From IMG/VR virus record IMGVR_UViG_3300010279_000003, positions 1 to 44,407 of that record: a stretch of 44,407 nt of DNA, one strand, 5' to 3'. The stretch is from a virus. Lineage: Duplodnaviria; Heunggongvirae; Uroviricota; Caudoviricetes. Below are positions 34,797-44,407 of the stretch, piece by piece (position 1 is the stretch's first letter; each line of letters opens with the position of its first letter). The notes beneath the pieces are model-generated. The model saw nothing but the letters and a program-made list of their open reading frames with translations, had not been told where the DNA came from and made no database searches. Both the position numbers and the translations under genes were made by a program.

Positions 34797-37128
34797 TGTA
34801 GCTAGTTTAGTTGTAAAAGTATCAGAGCAAGGCGCGAAAGCTACCTCAGACCGTCTTGATAACCTTTCCAAGTCCGCAAAGGTAGCCGGGGCCGCGGTAG
34901 CGGGCCTCGCTTCCATCGTCGCTGCTACCGCGTACAAGGCCGCACAGGAACTGGTAGACTCCCAACGGCAACTGGATAAGATGTCCGCCAGCCTGAAAAC
35001 ACTAACCGGAAGCACGCAGGGGGCAAGACAGGCATTAAGCATCCTGCAAGACTTCGCGCGCGACACTCCGTATGGTCTTGAACAGGCAGTAGAGGGATTC
35101 CGTAAACTTGTGGCGCTTGGTCTTACACCATCAGAAGAAGCGTTGCGCTCCTATGGCAACACTGCCGCTGCTATGGGTAAAGACCTAAATCAGATGATTG
35201 AGGCCGTTGCGGACGCCAGTACGTTTGAATTTGAGCGCCTTAAAGAATTCGGCATCAAGGCTAAGCAGAACAAAGACGATGTTGAATTTACATTCCAGGG
35301 CACTACTACGGTGGTTAAGAAGAGCGCTGCCGATATCGAGCAATACCTGCTCAACATTGGTAACGTAAACTTCGCTGGGGCTATGGCGGACCAGGCTGAC
35401 ACACTTAACGGGGCCATAGCCAGTGCCAGCGACTCATGGTCGCAGTTAAAAATGACACTGGCTACCAGTCTTGATGTTGGTGCGCTCGCCGAACCTATCC
35501 GATACATCGATGATTTAATCCAGGAACTTAACGCACAGGTTGCATCCGGTGAACTTGCCGCAGAGATGCGTATGTGGGGTGACATCGCGTCGGAAGTAGG
35601 AAGCGCGATAGAGATGTCGTTCGACGCGGCATTTGGTTTTGTAGGTGACGCGATAAATGGACTGAATGAACTTTGGGATTTTAGCAGTAAAAGTATCACC
35701 GACAGCGGCGAACAAACGGCGACAACCATCGCGGAATCAGCAGCCGATGCGCTCGATTTCATCGCGGAAGAATTTACCGCGATGGAGCGCTTCTTTGAAG
35801 ATATGGTTAAAGGGGCGCAGGACGCTGGCCGGTTGGTGAAAGCAGCCTTCACACCAGGGGAATCTGTAGACGTAGCAAAAAACATTAACTTCCAGCTAGG
35901 GATGGCACTGGATACTCAGCGCGATGTTGCGGACCTGACCCGTAAAAGTTTCCGCGAACAGGTGGAGGCTCAGCAAAATATCGTCGCGCTTAAACGCGCG
36001 GCATATGACATCGACAAAGAAGCCGCTAAGGAAGAAGGGCTTAGTAAATTTAAGGTAACTGGTACTGGTGTCGGGTCCGAAGATGATAATGCTGGTGCAA
36101 AAGCCGCCAAGAAAGCTGCGGACGCGTTCGAGCGCCAGAAGAAAGCCGCGGAGGATTTCTACTACCAGTCGATTCATCTCAATGACGACGTATTCCAGAA
36201 AATAGAAGCTAATCAGGAGCAACAGTTAACCAAGCTACAAGAGTTTTACGGCAACCAGCTTCTTAGCGACCAGCAATACGAGAACGCCAAAACTCAAATT
36301 ATGCTGGAGGCGGACACCGCACGTCAGGAAGAACTCGCCAAGCGGGAGAAAGAACGGCAGGAGAAGAACCAGAAAGGCGAGGACTTCATGGCTCAGATTA
36401 TGGGCCAGAATGCTGCCGAGCTTGAGCTTCTGGAGATTCAGGAACAACAAAAACTGGACGTTGCTGATAGATACCGTGAACAGAATCTGATTAACGAGGA
36501 GCAGTACCAGGCAGCGGTTAACGCGATAAACGACCAGTACGCATTGAAACGTGCCAACGCTACCGGTAACGCTTTTGGCATGATGGCGGACAACATTAAG
36601 TCATCGCTAGGCGAGGCGTCCTCCGCGTATAAAGCATTCGCTATCGCTCAGGCCACAATAGCCACATACACATCCGCCATCGAGGCTTATAAATCTGCGT
36701 CCGCGATTCCTATTGTTGGTTGGGTGCTTGGTCCTGTGGCCGCGGCGGCAGCAGTAGCAGCAGGTCTGGCTAACATCGGCAAGATTCGTTCGGCCCGTGA
36801 ACAGGGAGGTCAGTTATCTGCGGGGCAGGCTTCCACCATCGCCGAACGCGGTAAACCAGAAGTTATCATGCCTGCTGGTGCATCGCGCGTACGAACTGCG
36901 CAGCAGATGAAAGAAATTATGGGGCAAAATGGGTCTTCTTCTGGCCCATCTAATGTTACCATTGTAAATAACACATCGAGTCAGATTGGCAACGTATCTA
37001 CCGAGCAGGATGACGAAGGCCGTTTGCGCATCATCATAGAAGAGCAGGTGGCTGCCTCTTTGCAGAACAGCAACAGTAAGATTAGCAAGGCCCGCAAGGC
37101 CACAAGAAACGCGCCTGGTTTCAAGTAA
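34789..37128 (+). CDS. Tail tape measure protein
   Basis: 779 aa, Ala/Gln/Glu-rich, hydrophobic segment near C-terminus, follows chaperone pair. Confidence 0.85.
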   Translation: MADVASLVVKVSEQGAKATSDRLDNLSKSAKVAGAAVAGLASIVAATAYKAAQELVDSQRQLDKMSASLKTLTGSTQGARQALSILQDFARDTPYGLEQAVEGFRKLVALGLTPSEEALRSYGNTAAAMGKDLNQMIEAVADASTFEFERLKEFGIKAKQNKDDVEFTFQGTTTVVKKSAADIEQYLLNIGNVNFAGAMADQADTLNGAIASASDSWSQLKMTLATSLDVGALAEPIRYIDDLIQELNAQVASGELAAEMRMWGDIASEVGSAIEMSFDAAFGFVGDAINGLNELWDFSSKSITDSGEQTATTIAESAADALDFIAEEFTAMERFFEDMVKGAQDAGRLVKAAFTPGESVDVAKNINFQLGMALDTQRDVADLTRKSFREQVEAQQNIVALKRAAYDIDKEAAKEEGLSKFKVTGTGVGSEDDNAGAKAAKKAADAFERQKKAAEDFYYQSIHLNDDVFQKIEANQEQQLTKLQEFYGNQLLSDQQYENAKTQIMLEADTARQEELAKREKERQEKNQKGEDFMAQIMGQNAAELELLEIQEQQKLDVADRYREQNLINEEQYQAAVNAINDQYALKRANATGNAFGMMADNIKSSLGEASSAYKAFAIAQATIATYTSAIEAYKSASAIPIVGWVLGPVAAAAAVAAGLANIGKIRSAREQGGQLSAGQASTIAERGKPEVIMPAGASRVRTAQQMKEIMGQNGSSSGPSNVTIVNNTSSQIGNVSTEQDDEGRLRIIIEEQVAASLQNSNSKISKARKATRNAPGFK

Positions 37129-37132
37129 TAAT

Positions 37133-37150
37133 ATGGCCCTTTCGGGCCAT
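37133..37150. other. Hairpin between convergent tape measure and endonuclease genes
   Basis: Stem ATGGCCC/GGGCCAT, loop TTTC. Confidence 0.5.
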
Positions 37151-37153
37151 AAC

Positions 37154-37900
37154 TTACTCGCTGCGTACTTTTCCGTTACATAGCTCCGTGAACTCAGCTA
37201 TTATCTCGCTGTTGGCCACCATCCACTCACTGGCCCCATCAAAGTTGCTTAGCTCCGCCGATACGTGTGTGCGGTGAAAGTATCGCTCTAACATACGGCA
37301 ACGAGCACCATTAGCGTCTTGGTATACACTAAGCACATGGAACTCAAACGGAGTGGAGCGCTCCAGTTGAGCAAGTCGTTGTTTTAACTTGTTAGTAATA
37401 CCTATTTTAAGGTATTTACCACATGCAGAAAGAAGTCCGTAAATGTACCCTGGTTTGTTAGAGTCGTAGCCGTGTCTGGCGCACGACGGACAACCATGCC
37501 TGTGCACTAAAATATTATTAACCCCTGTAGCAAACACCCCGTGGTCATTACATGCGCGTATCGCTTTGGAGTTTTTGTTTAGGTACGCGCCGCCTTCAAA
37601 ACCCACGAACGTATATCGAACATCCGCGGATTTTATTTGCTCAATAACGGCATCTGTATTCTTGCGGTAGGCAGCCGCCGCGGCTTCTCGACTGCATTTC
37701 ATACACCCGTGTCCTCCAGAGATGCTACGGGCTATAGCTGAAAATTCACCGTGGGACGGGCAAATAAGTCTAATCTTGCTAGTCGAGTCAATGTACTCAC
37801 TACCGTCATAACTTGCGGATATTGTGTACTTCCCGCCGTGTTTCTTTAAATCTAACTCGACCATTTTCTTCCGTTCTTCCCAACCAATTTTAACGCTCAT
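37154..37900 (-). CDS. GIY-YIG-related (T5orf172-like) endonuclease-like protein with Cys/His zinc-binding motifs
   Basis: PGYIYGLL...YLKIGIT motif; repeated CPSHGEF and GCPSCARHG motifs. Confidence 0.55.
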   Translation of the reverse strand: MSVKIGWEERKKMVELDLKKHGGKYTISASYDGSEYIDSTSKIRLICPSHGEFSAIARSISGGHGCMKCSREAAAAAYRKNTDAVIEQIKSADVRYTFVGFEGGAYLNKNSKAIRACNDHGVFATGVNNILVHRHGCPSCARHGYDSNKPGYIYGLLSACGKYLKIGITNKLKQRLAQLERSTPFEFHVLSVYQDANGARCRMLERYFHRTHVSAELSNFDGASEWMVANSEIIAEFTELCNGKVRSE

Positions 37901-38033
37901 ACCTACCTCGCTCCTCCTTGTTGTAGTAGCATGCTATTCGACGACGCCCTGTTTGGCAACTTAAACGCGGTGACGCTATGCTTCTCACCATGGTAACATT
38001 GACCTTAACATCCAATCTATCGAGGTTCTAATA

Positions 38034-39431
38034 ATGGGTGACTTTTATTTCCCACGTAGCCTTAAGCCTATCGTATCGAAAGGCTATTCAATGACCAGAC
38101 GCAACAACGTCTGGAGTGTAGATTTAGCTGGCGGCGGGGTGCGTCAGGGCCGTGACACGTACTACGACGTGTTCCCGGTGAGCGTAACCCTGGTTACATC
38201 CGCAATGGGGCGGCAGGCGTTTCTGTCGTTCCTTGAGAAAGTCGATGGTGGTGCTTCAAGTTTCTGGATGGCGCACGACTTCGGCATGGGTATCGAGGAT
38301 TACCAGGTAACCATTACATCCACCATCGCCGAGTCCACCGAAGACGGCATTAACTGGACTATCACTTTCACAGCAACCGCTGAGAAATCGCCGTTCCAGG
38401 ACCAAGAGAACCAGTGCCTGATTAACAATCTTCCAGATTTGTACGGTTGTTACGGGGATTGTCTGGGTAGTTTCCTGAAAATATACGCGAACTACGAAAC
38501 TACGTTCCCGCGCATCTGGAGCAATGAAGGGCCTGCCGGGTATCCACCGATTAACCTTCTGGCGTCGACTCTTGATAGCCGCATTGTTTATAACGGGCGG
38601 CAGGTCTACTACATCAACCGAAACGGCTTTCTTGTGCAGTCCTCAGGCGAATGGCCTCTTACGTTTATTGATGGTGTTGCTGTTGGGCGTGTGCCGCCGG
38701 AAAACACATCGAAAAACGAGATACTACACAACGCCGACCTGACCAACTCCGCGTGGGTTACCACGAGACTATCCGTAACCGCGGCGCAGCAAACCGAAAT
38801 GCTGGGTAATAATTGTTTTAAATTAACCCCAACAACAAATAATTCGTCCCACTATGTGGGCCAATCGCCCGCACTTAAAATCCTGGAAGGGGATGTGTGC
38901 ACATTCAGTGTTATGGCTAAAGCCGACGGATATAAGAATCTTCGCTTAAGAATAGCAAATGATGGGGTATTTGTATCAGATGCGACAATTGACTTGATTG
39001 AGGGGGTTCTTATTGGTGGTGCCGGAAATTCTTCAGTAGAAAATCTTGGACAAGGATGGTTCAGGGTCTCCGAGAGTGTAACGGCGCCAGCAGGGGGGTA
39101 CAACGCCATTAATATGCAGCTTTGGGTTCATGACAATTCGAACTCAACAGCATTTGCTGGTGATGGCGTGAAGGGCGTTCTCGTTTGCGCGCCGCAAAGC
39201 GATTCAATTGGGCGGCCAACATCGCCAATAATCACAGGACCATCGCCCGTTACTCGGTATACTGCAACTGCAAAAGTAGCAATGAACGGCGCAACAAGTA
39301 TCGACATCACCTACTCCGACAGCTCTGCGGTAAACGTTCAGGCTGTTGATGGCTACGCCGCCATACCACGGGCTAATTCAGCGTGGGGGAGTAAATATAT
39401 CACCCGTATTGATTTTAATGTGGACGGTTAA
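38034..39431 (+). CDS. Minor tail protein with C-terminal carbohydrate-binding-like domain
   Basis: 465 aa, first gene after tape measure region; GAGG RBS. Confidence 0.5.
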   Translation: MGDFYFPRSLKPIVSKGYSMTRRNNVWSVDLAGGGVRQGRDTYYDVFPVSVTLVTSAMGRQAFLSFLEKVDGGASSFWMAHDFGMGIEDYQVTITSTIAESTEDGINWTITFTATAEKSPFQDQENQCLINNLPDLYGCYGDCLGSFLKIYANYETTFPRIWSNEGPAGYPPINLLASTLDSRIVYNGRQVYYINRNGFLVQSSGEWPLTFIDGVAVGRVPPENTSKNEILHNADLTNSAWVTTRLSVTAAQQTEMLGNNCFKLTPTTNNSSHYVGQSPALKILEGDVCTFSVMAKADGYKNLRLRIANDGVFVSDATIDLIEGVLIGGAGNSSVENLGQGWFRVSESVTAPAGGYNAINMQLWVHDNSNSTAFAGDGVKGVLVCAPQSDSIGRPTSPIITGPSPVTRYTATAKVAMNGATSIDITYSDSSAVNVQAVDGYAAIPRANSAWGSKYITRIDFNVDG

Positions 39432-39434
39432 TTT

Positions 39435-39950
39435 ATGAGCCAGGAATCTGTAGAAGCCGCCTATCGCCGTAAGCTGGCCTCAAATCCCGACGGCGAGATG
39501 GACTACATCACGTTGCAAATCAGCCACCCGTTGCTGTCGAAGACGTACTATCTTGTTCGAGGGCTACAGGAACTTACGGCAACACTGGAGACAGGCGAAA
39601 CAATCACGTTCGAACCCACCCCGATGGAAGCGTCGGGAGCCGCTAACAACAGTGATATGGACCAGACGACGACGTTTACTCTACCGGATATTCTCAATCA
39701 ACTGGACGATGAGATGGATAAAATCCCGATGAGCAATACCGAGTTGCCGAAATTTGTCTTCCGCCGTTACGTCAGCACCGACCTGTCTTACCCGGCTGAC
39801 GGCCCGGTCGTGTACGAGTTGCAGGCCATTAACCAGGAGAAGGGAGAGTTTTCTGCGGACGTCGGTACACCTATGCTGAACCAACGAAGCACTGGTATAC
39901 TGATGACACCTAAAGAGATACCGTTATTACGCGGCCTGTTGACCACATGA
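39435..39950 (+). CDS. Minor tail protein (L-like)
   Basis: Position in tail tip module. Confidence 0.45.
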   Translation: MSQESVEAAYRRKLASNPDGEMDYITLQISHPLLSKTYYLVRGLQELTATLETGETITFEPTPMEASGAANNSDMDQTTTFTLPDILNQLDDEMDKIPMSNTELPKFVFRRYVSTDLSYPADGPVVYELQAINQEKGEFSADVGTPMLNQRSTGILMTPKEIPLLRGLLTT

Positions 39951-40312
39951 ATATTAACGACTACACGGGCATACCTTACGACTTTCGTAAACGTAATTGC
40001 TGGCATCACGTGCGCATTGTACGGGCGGATGCTGGGTTAGAGACACCGGCGTTCGACGTCACAAGCCCAACGGCAATTAATGAAGCGTTCGACGAAGGCC
40101 ATCGTGACACGAAGGGGCTTACAAAAATTGATAAGCCTGAAAACTTCTGCGCGGTACTTATGGGGTATCGCCGCGGGGGTCGTATCGTGTGGCATGCGGG
40201 AGTTTACTTCGACGGGATGGTTAGCCATTGCGAGCTTGCTTCTCGTCAGGTACGGCTTGACAGGCTGGCGGACCTCAGAGACACGTACACGGAGATTGAA
40301 TTTTGGCGATAA
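39947..40312 (+). CDS. Tail assembly protein (K-like, NlpC/P60-type Cys/His)
   Basis: NCWHHV motif; position in tail tip module. Confidence 0.45.
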   Translation: MNINDYTGIPYDFRKRNCWHHVRIVRADAGLETPAFDVTSPTAINEAFDEGHRDTKGLTKIDKPENFCAVLMGYRRGGRIVWHAGVYFDGMVSHCELASRQVRLDRLADLRDTYTEIEFWR

Positions 40313-42858
40313 TCCTGCACTACACGCGAAACGCTGATGGCGCTTTCGACCGTACAAAACACGTCGGGACGCCGATGGAGTTTGTCGTTAACCGTATCCC
40401 GGACGGCGTGCCGGTGCGCGTCTACCTCGGCGAGATTGGCGATGATACTGATGTAACCGACGACTTCGATGCGCTTAAAGACGAAGACGCCGTGTACCAC
40501 ATTATTGAGGGAGCTGGTAGCGGGGCGCTTGGCGCCGTTAGTAAGGTGTTTGGTTTTATCCTTAAGCCAATCGCTAAGTTGTTCGGCCTGAACATGTCTG
40601 CAAACGCCAACTACACGGCGACTAATAACCAGACAACATCGCCAAATAACAGCCTTACCGACCGCTCAAACAAGCCGCGTCCTTACGAGCGCTCTTATGA
40701 CATCTGCGGGACTGTACAGACAATCCCTAACGACCTTATGCAGACGTATAAGGCGTTCAACTCCACGGGTGCTTTGCTGGAGTATTCGTATTATGACGCT
40801 GGGCGCGGGCATCTGCATATCGAGGCTGATGGCGTCACAGAGGGCGACACCCTGATAAGCGACATCACAGGTTCCTCTGTTGCCATATATGCGCCGTATA
40901 CGTCACCGAACAACACCACATCTCCGCAACTACAAATCGGCGACATCATTGACCAGAAACTCTATGTGACATACTCCAACGACGACGTTGACGGTATTGT
41001 ACTAAAAGCGCCAAACGACATTGGGGCCAACCCAAGCGCTGATGGTACCGCAAAACGTATTTCAAACACCGGCTACATCTATGACCCGTCAGGGGACTCT
41101 GCTTTTTCTGAGTTTCTTAGCGTCGGTGATGTGGCAGTGCTGAGCAACTTTGACGTTGCTGATGTCACTAACCTGAACGGCTTGTTTGAGGTTTTATACG
41201 TTGACGACTTCGAAGTAAGATTATCCGTAAACGGCGCGTCTAACTGGGCAGCGTTGACCAGCGGGCAAACGTACGCCCTAACAGAGCGTTCAGATACGTT
41301 TATCGGCCCTAGCAACACCTATGACGTATCCCTGACAGACTGGTATTACATGGTGCGCGGAGAAGTTGACCGGGTGCTTGCTAACGTTGCCGGGCAGAAC
41401 GGCCTCTACAAATACGACGGCGGCTATAACCGCACCAGCGTAACCGTAGAACTCCAGTACCAGATGATTGACTCTCAGCGTAACCCGTTGAGCGATATTT
41501 ACACGGTACAGGCTACAATTACAGGCAACAATACGGATTACGTCGGTACGTCTATCTACGGGCAGTTGCCTACTGCATCGCGTTTCCGCGCCCGTATGCG
41601 CCGTATAACGAATTTTGATAAGGACTACGACGGAACGGTAAGTGACGAGATAACCTTCATCAACCTGTACGGTCAGTCTCTGGACACCACACCGCACTAC
41701 GGCAACCGAACTACCGTACATTGCGCCCGTAAACAGACTCCGCGGGCTGCGAGTATAGACAACCCGGAACTGCGCATGATCGCTACCGAGATGTGCTACA
41801 AATACCTCGGCAATGGGGTATTCGATACAGTAATGTCGCCAAACACTCAGGCGGTGCAATCACTAATTCGACTGGCCCGCGACCCGGCGGTAGGTAACTT
41901 AGAACTGACAACCGCAAACATGGACAAGTTACTTGCCGTGCAGGAAGAGATTGAATCCTATTTTGGCAGCGAATTAGCGGGACAATTCTGCTACACGTTC
42001 GACGACTACGACACCACGATGCAGGACATCGTTCAGACTATAGCCGAAGCCGTGTTTTGTACTGCGTACCGTAAAGGTGCAGACATTATGCTGCGTTTCG
42101 ACCGTCCGGTTGCAGGGCCTGAAATGGTGTTCACCCACCGCAGTAAAACTACCGGTACAGAGAAATGGACGCGCACATTCAACGATTCTACTACCTACGA
42201 TAGCCTGTCGTTCTCGTACATCGACCCGGATACAAACGTACAGGAAACTATTTATATCCCGGAAGAACTCGGTGCAAACACTGAGGAATACGAATCGAAA
42301 GGCGTGCGCAACTATCAGCAGGCGTACTGGCTGGCGTGGCGTCGCTATCAGCGCAATGCGTTAAGTAAAGTTGTCGTAGAGTTCGAAGCTACCGAAGAGG
42401 GGGCACTCGCTACACCGGGCGGCGTAATCAGTGTCGTTAAAGGCTCGCGTATCGCGCCGCAGGATGGCTATGTTGTTGCCGTTAATGGGCTTACGCTGAC
42501 ACTGTCACAGCCGGTTACGTTTACCCCCGGCGATGACCACTCCATCATCCTCAAGAAGCGCGATGGCTCCGTGCAGAGTATTTCTGTTATCAAAGGAAAC
42601 CACGACCGCGAAGTGATTATGCTCTCCGCGCCGGAGGAAGCAATATACACGGGGAATAGCGCACTAAAAACTGAGTTTTCATTCGGCAACGAAGCAAGGC
42701 ATAATGCACAGAAGATAGTTGTTTCTTCAATCGACCCGGGCGACGACCGCACGGTCAAGATTACAGGCTACAACTATGACGACGGATTCTATAAATACGA
42801 CGGCGTCGCTCCATACGGTAGCGGTTTCTCCGACGGATTCAGCAATGGTTTTAATTAA
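40303..42858 (+). CDS. Tail tip / host specificity protein (J-like)
   Basis: 851 aa, last gene before tailspike; TTG start in ORF track, true start uncertain. Confidence 0.6.
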   Translation: MAIILHYTRNADGAFDRTKHVGTPMEFVVNRIPDGVPVRVYLGEIGDDTDVTDDFDALKDEDAVYHIIEGAGSGALGAVSKVFGFILKPIAKLFGLNMSANANYTATNNQTTSPNNSLTDRSNKPRPYERSYDICGTVQTIPNDLMQTYKAFNSTGALLEYSYYDAGRGHLHIEADGVTEGDTLISDITGSSVAIYAPYTSPNNTTSPQLQIGDIIDQKLYVTYSNDDVDGIVLKAPNDIGANPSADGTAKRISNTGYIYDPSGDSAFSEFLSVGDVAVLSNFDVADVTNLNGLFEVLYVDDFEVRLSVNGASNWAALTSGQTYALTERSDTFIGPSNTYDVSLTDWYYMVRGEVDRVLANVAGQNGLYKYDGGYNRTSVTVELQYQMIDSQRNPLSDIYTVQATITGNNTDYVGTSIYGQLPTASRFRARMRRITNFDKDYDGTVSDEITFINLYGQSLDTTPHYGNRTTVHCARKQTPRAASIDNPELRMIATEMCYKYLGNGVFDTVMSPNTQAVQSLIRLARDPAVGNLELTTANMDKLLAVQEEIESYFGSELAGQFCYTFDDYDTTMQDIVQTIAEAVFCTAYRKGADIMLRFDRPVAGPEMVFTHRSKTTGTEKWTRTFNDSTTYDSLSFSYIDPDTNVQETIYIPEELGANTEEYESKGVRNYQQAYWLAWRRYQRNALSKVVVEFEATEEGALATPGGVISVVKGSRIAPQDGYVVAVNGLTLTLSQPVTFTPGDDHSIILKKRDGSVQSISVIKGNHDREVIMLSAPEEAIYTGNSALKTEFSFGNEARHNAQKIVVSSIDPGDDRTVKITGYNYDDGFYKYDGVAPYGSGFSDGFSNGFN

Positions 42859-42870
42859 AGAGGACTCTAT

Positions 42871-44407
42871 ATGTCAAGCGGATGCGGTGACGTTTTAAGC
42901 CTGGCGGATTTACAGACCGCCAAGAAACACCAGATTTTTGAAGCTGAAGTTATCACCGGTAAATCTGGTGGGGTTGCTGGCGGCGCTGATATTGATTACG
43001 CTACCAACCAAGTTACTGGTCAGGTGCAAAAGACACTCCCTGCGGTTCTTAAAAGCATTGGTTTTGCCGTGGCTGATTTTAGTTTCGATTCTGGGGGTAC
43101 TCTTGCATCCGGGGACGAGGACAAGATAGTGCTCTGGCCGTTGCCGGGTGGCGATGGTCAGTACTACTCCTGGACTGGTGCGTATCCTAAGATTGTTCCC
43201 GCATCCTCGTCCCCGACAACAGGATGGAAACTTATAGACGGCTCTGCATTACGAATCGACTTGTCCGAATTTAGCGGGGCTTCTCTGGTCGGGTACTCGT
43301 ACGACGGCAGCCTAAGCACCACAAAAAGAACGGTTGCTGATAAATTAGACGATATGGTCAGCCTTTGGGATTTTCACTGCGATTCATCCGGAGATGTAAT
43401 TCAGCCAGGGGTTAGCGTTGACAGTCGTCAGTATCTACAAGCAGCTATAGACTACCTGAACGCAAACGGAGGCGGCACACTACATATACCGGAAGGTGCA
43501 TGGTATCTTAACAGCCTCAGTACAGGGGCGGTATCAGGACACAGTGGAATTATACAGCTTAAAAGTAATGTTAACATTAAGATAGACGGTACTATTAAAG
43601 TAGGGTCTGCTTTGGCCTCCTCGTCATTTAAGGTGTTTGTAGGCTTTGATAATGGTGACCCTGCAAGCTCCGGTAATCTCGATAATTGCCATATTTATGG
43701 CAACGGTACGATAGACTTTGGTAGCTATGACTTTGGTGCGACATCACAGTTACGCAACGGTATCGCTTTTGGTCGCAGCTACAACTGCTCAGTAACAGGT
43801 ATTACTTTCCAGAACGGTGATGTTACTTGGGGTGTTACCCTTGGCTGGAATGGGTATGGGTCTAATTGTAAGGTATCTAACTGTAAGTTTATTAATTTGA
43901 TACAGAGTGCTAACAATGCTGACCACAGTACCGTATATGTTAACTGTCCTTTCAGTGGTGTAGATAACTGCATATTCCGTGCGGTGAGTTCAAGGGCGCA
44001 AGTTATAGCGTGTTCGGTGGAACTACATCAACATGATACTTGGTACAGAGATTCAATTATCTCTGGATACACACGCGGCTGTTATGTGGCTTTGCATGGG
44101 GCAGAATCTGCGGGAGCGGGCACATACCTGTACAATGCTGTTGTGTCAGGGGTAATTGGTGCTATTTCCGGGCAAGCAGTAATTTTAGCCGCCGGTCCGG
44201 ATTCAACAACCACTACCCACATTAACGGGGTGTCTATCGAGAACTGTCGATTTACCGCCGGTAGTCAGGCAGGTATGTGCAGCTTCATAGACTTCTTCCA
44301 GGACGGTAACTCGAACTCCAGTCAGTACCTTATCAACCATGTAACGGTTAAAGGGTGCAGCTTCATTGTAGACCGTAGCCGGTCTCTGTCTGCGGCAATA
44401 ACCTTAA
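42871..44407 (+). CDS. Tailspike, N-terminal part with right-handed beta-helix (pectate-lyase-like depolymerase); continues at 1..752
   Basis: ATG 42871 after GAGGA RBS; repeated NCxF/NG turns (NCHIYGNG, NCSVTGITFQNG, NCKVSNCKF); frame is open to the window end. Confidence 0.8.
   Translation, partial: MSSGCGDVLSLADLQTAKKHQIFEAEVITGKSGGVAGGADIDYATNQVTGQVQKTLPAVLKSIGFAVADFSFDSGGTLASGDEDKIVLWPLPGGDGQYYSWTGAYPKIVPASSSPTTGWKLIDGSALRIDLSEFSGASLVGYSYDGSLSTTKRTVADKLDDMVSLWDFHCDSSGDVIQPGVSVDSRQYLQAAIDYLNANGGGTLHIPEGAWYLNSLSTGAVSGHSGIIQLKSNVNIKIDGTIKVGSALASSSFKVFVGFDNGDPASSGNLDNCHIYGNGTIDFGSYDFGATSQLRNGIAFGRSYNCSVTGITFQNGDVTWGVTLGWNGYGSNCKVSNCKFINLIQSANNADHSTVYVNCPFSGVDNCIFRAVSSRAQVIACSVELHQHDTWYRDSIISGYTRGCYVALHGAESAGAGTYLYNAVVSGVIGAISGQAVILAAGPDSTTTTHINGVSIENCRFTAGSQAGMCSFIDFFQDGNSNSSQYLINHVTVKGCSFIVDRSRSLSAAITL
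44285..44407. repeat. Terminal direct repeat, identical to 1..123
   Basis: Exact identity read directly. Confidence 0.9.

Noticed and set aside
35190-35885. 231-aa minus-strand ORF
   Set aside because: Antisense inside the tape measure gene; Ser/Ala-rich low-complexity translation
1-44407. Temperate lifestyle, CRISPR array or integrative element
   Set aside because: No integrase, recombinase or regularly spaced repeat array was found; the XRE and AlpA-like regulators are small and sit in early operons, consistent with a lytic phage

Overview
The window reads as an essentially complete genome of a virulent tailed phage (siphovirus-type structural module, sigma70-like promoters typical of an enterobacterial host), linearised inside its tailspike gene. 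Positions 1..123 are identical to 44285..44407, so the unique content is about 44.28 kb and the tailspike ORF runs in frame from 42871 across the junction to the stop at 750..752. Layout: (i) a minus-strand replication operon from ~11947 down to ~830 (AlpA-like HTH, primase/helicase, Cas4-like nuclease, DNA polymerase A, VRR-NUC, SNF2 helicase, HNH endonuclease); (ii) a ~480-bp non-coding control region (11950..12440); (iii) a plus-strand block of small early genes with holin and GH24 endolysin (12442..17840); (iv) plus-strand packaging, head and tail genes (17960..44407). The late region is interrupted by three minus-strand units driven by the same conserved early-type promoter. No integrase, tRNA or CRISPR array was seen. 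The most notable observation is the 173-aa protein at 23769..24290 (-): a truncated beta sliding clamp (DnaN) homologue that keeps the partner-binding cleft residues but lacks the ring-forming parts. Other leads are a minus-strand accessory operon (Imm-like membrane protein plus HTH-fused SbcD/Mre11-like phosphoesterase), two promoter-to-terminator units with no convincing ORF, an (E)EDLE C-terminal tail shared by three early proteins, and spanin genes ~8.5 kb from the holin/endolysin. All functional calls are from motifs recognised by eye and recalled sequences; no database search was run.
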